Source: Desulfobacterales bacterium | GTDB lineage: Bacteria; Desulfobacterota; Desulfobacteria; Desulfobacterales; UBA5852 | Direction: 5' to 3' | DNA: 64,000 bases | NCBI GenBank assembly: GCA_963674755.2 | Contig: CAXXVS010000003.1 | Span: 2,720,001-2,784,000, forward strand | In this document: positions 62,561-64,000 of the stretch, piece after piece | Layout: each line of letters begins with the position of its first letter | Numbering within the stretch: the first letter of the stretch is position 1 | Program-made: the position numbers and the translations under genes | The notes under the pieces: generated by a model | Seen by the model: the letters and a program-made list of their open reading frames with translations, nothing else | The model's database searches: none | Told to the model about the DNA's origin: nothing

Positions 62561-63246
62561 TGAAGATTCTTTGTTTTAGCAGTCGGCACCGCAGGCCGGC
62601 GATGCATCTCATTCTGGCGCTCGTGGTGGCGATGCTTCTGGTTTTTTCGGTCGGTACGGCCATCAGCAGCGCCTCCGGCGAGCAGGAGAGCGTAGAGGAA
62701 GCCGTTCATGACAGCGCCGCGGTAGCCGAGCAGGCCGTCGAACACGCCGAGGGCGGCGCCCACGGCAAGGGTTGGGTGTCAACCGATACCTTTCGGTTGC
62801 TGCACTTTATCGTGCTGGCGGGGGTGCTCTTTTTTCTGTTGAAAAAACCAGTTGCCCAGGCGCTTGGTACCAGGGTCAAAGGCATCGAGGCGCAACTGGG
62901 GGATTTGGAACGGCAGAAAAAGGAAGCCGAACAGAAGCTGGCTGAATACAACCGGAAGTTCGCGCAGCTCGAAAAAGAGTCTGCATCCATTGTGGCGGAA
63001 TATGTGCGGCAGGGAGAGGACGCCAAGGTCCGCATCCTCAAGGAAGCTGAATCGGCCGCTGAAAAGATGAAGGTTCAGGCTCAGAAGAATATCGAAAGCG
63101 AGATTCAGCGTGCCAAGGCCAAGCTGCAGGAGGAAATCCTCGATCAGGCCCTCGCCAAAGCGGAAGCGCTCATCAAAGAGAAGATAAACACTGACGACCA
63201 GGAACAACTTGTAGATGAATATCTAGCGAAGGTGGTGGCATCGTGA
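62560..63246 (+). CDS. atpF: ATP synthase F0 subunit b
   Basis: FRLLHFIVLAGVLFFLLKKP + coiled coil, DQEQLVDEYL. Confidence 0.88.
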   Translation: MKILCFSSRHRRPAMHLILALVVAMLLVFSVGTAISSASGEQESVEEAVHDSAAVAEQAVEHAEGGAHGKGWVSTDTFRLLHFIVLAGVLFFLLKKPVAQALGTRVKGIEAQLGDLERQKKEAEQKLAEYNRKFAQLEKESASIVAEYVRQGEDAKVRILKEAESAAEKMKVQAQKNIESEIQRAKAKLQEEILDQALAKAEALIKEKINTDDQEQLVDEYLAKVVAS

Positions 63247-63794
63247 AGAATCTCTCAATCGCAAGGCGTTATGCCAAAGCACTTCTGCTTATCGGGAAGG
63301 AAGACGGCCAAGCGGAAACCTACCGCCAGGAACTCGACGGCCTGTCCCGGATGATCACTGAACAGCCGGAACTGGGACTTGCCATCAACAATCCATTATA
63401 CAATGCCGCTGACCGGCGCAAGGTGCTGGAGGCGGTTATCGAGAAGATCAGGCTCTCCAAAACGATGCAATCCTTCCTGCTCCTGCTGTTCGAGAAGGGA
63501 CGGTTCGGATTCCTGGAGAGCGTCAACGACTTCTACCAAAAGCTGGCCGACGAATTGAAGGGGATCGCCCGCGCCAGCCTGGTATCAGCGACCCAACTCG
63601 GGGATGATACCGTCGAAAAGATCCGCGCAGCCCTGTCCCAGCGGACAGGTAAGGATATCATTCTGGAGGTGGAGCAGAATCCCGCGCTGATCGGAGGGAT
63701 TGTGACCAAGATCGGCGACCTCGTACTGGACGGCAGCATTAAGACGCAATTGGTCAATATGCGAGAATCTTTAAAAAGGGGTGAGAGTGTCTGA
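63243..63794 (+). CDS. atpH: ATP synthase F1 subunit delta
   Basis: [13 protein letters not shown]...[11 protein letters not shown]. Confidence 0.95.
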   Translation: MKNLSIARRYAKALLLIGKEDGQAETYRQELDGLSRMITEQPELGLAINNPLYNAADRRKVLEAVIEKIRLSKTMQSFLLLLFEKGRFGFLESVNDFYQKLADELKGIARASLVSATQLGDDTVEKIRAALSQRTGKDIILEVEQNPALIGGIVTKIGDLVLDGSIKTQLVNMRESLKRGESV

Positions 63795-64000
63795 TGGAAC
63801 TAAAAGCGGAAGAAATAAGCCAAATTATCAAAGAGCAGATCAAGGACTATGACAAACAGGTCGAACTGAGCGAAACGGGTATCGTGCTGTCGGTCGGTGA
63901 CGGTATCGCCCGTGTTTACGGCCTGGAAAAAGCCATGGCACTGGAACTGGTGGAATTTCCCGGCGGCATTCTCGGCCTGGTCCTCAACCTGGAAGAGGAC
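63794..64000 (+). CDS. atpA: ATP synthase F1 subunit alpha, N-terminal part (runs off the window end)
   Basis: [16 protein letters not shown]...[18 protein letters not shown]...LNLEED. Confidence 0.95.
   Translation, partial: MELKAEEISQIIKEQIKDYDKQVELSETGIVLSVGDGIARVYGLEKAMALELVEFPGGILGLVLNLEED

Noticed and set aside
62018..63246. Two b-type subunits with N-terminal extensions and no atpB/atpE nearby
   Set aside because: This split atp operon arrangement is normal for Desulfobacterota, so it is not novel

Overview
A 64 kb GC-rich bacterial window, most likely from a Desulfobacterota (deltaproteobacterial sulfate-reducer-type) genome, inferred from the mreBCD-mrdA-rodA-bactofilin-atpF'-atpF-atpH-atpA gene order. 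From left to right it holds: (i) a partial mgtC-like gene and a small selenoprotein gene missing from the ORF track; (ii) an amino-acid utilisation cluster (saccharopine dehydrogenase-like, polar amino acid ABC transporter, divergent alanine racemase, D-cysteine desulfhydrase-like); (iii) a co-oriented block of cyoABCDE, a Pma1-type H+-ATPase, eno, tkt fused to a USP domain, pgi and glgP; (iv) a ~21 kb two-armed catabolic locus around two GntR regulators, with TRAP and TTT transporters, where each arm carries a paralogous uncharacterised Fe-S protein pair; (v) a ~4.5 kb islet beside tRNA-Pro(GGG), bounded by a degenerate direct repeat; (vi) core cell-wall, cell-shape and ATP synthase genes. 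The islet carries a candidate selenocysteine-containing MtrA-like corrinoid protein (split by the ORF caller at an in-frame UGA that is followed by a SECIS-like hairpin), an hsdR remnant, and an Mrr + AAA ATPase + TOPRIM-like (MAD3/MAD4-like) defence trio. The top leads are the Sec-MtrA/DUF4346 protein, the duplicated Fe-S pair, and the Mrr-ATPase-TOPRIM trio. All family assignments come from motif recognition by eye; no searches were run.
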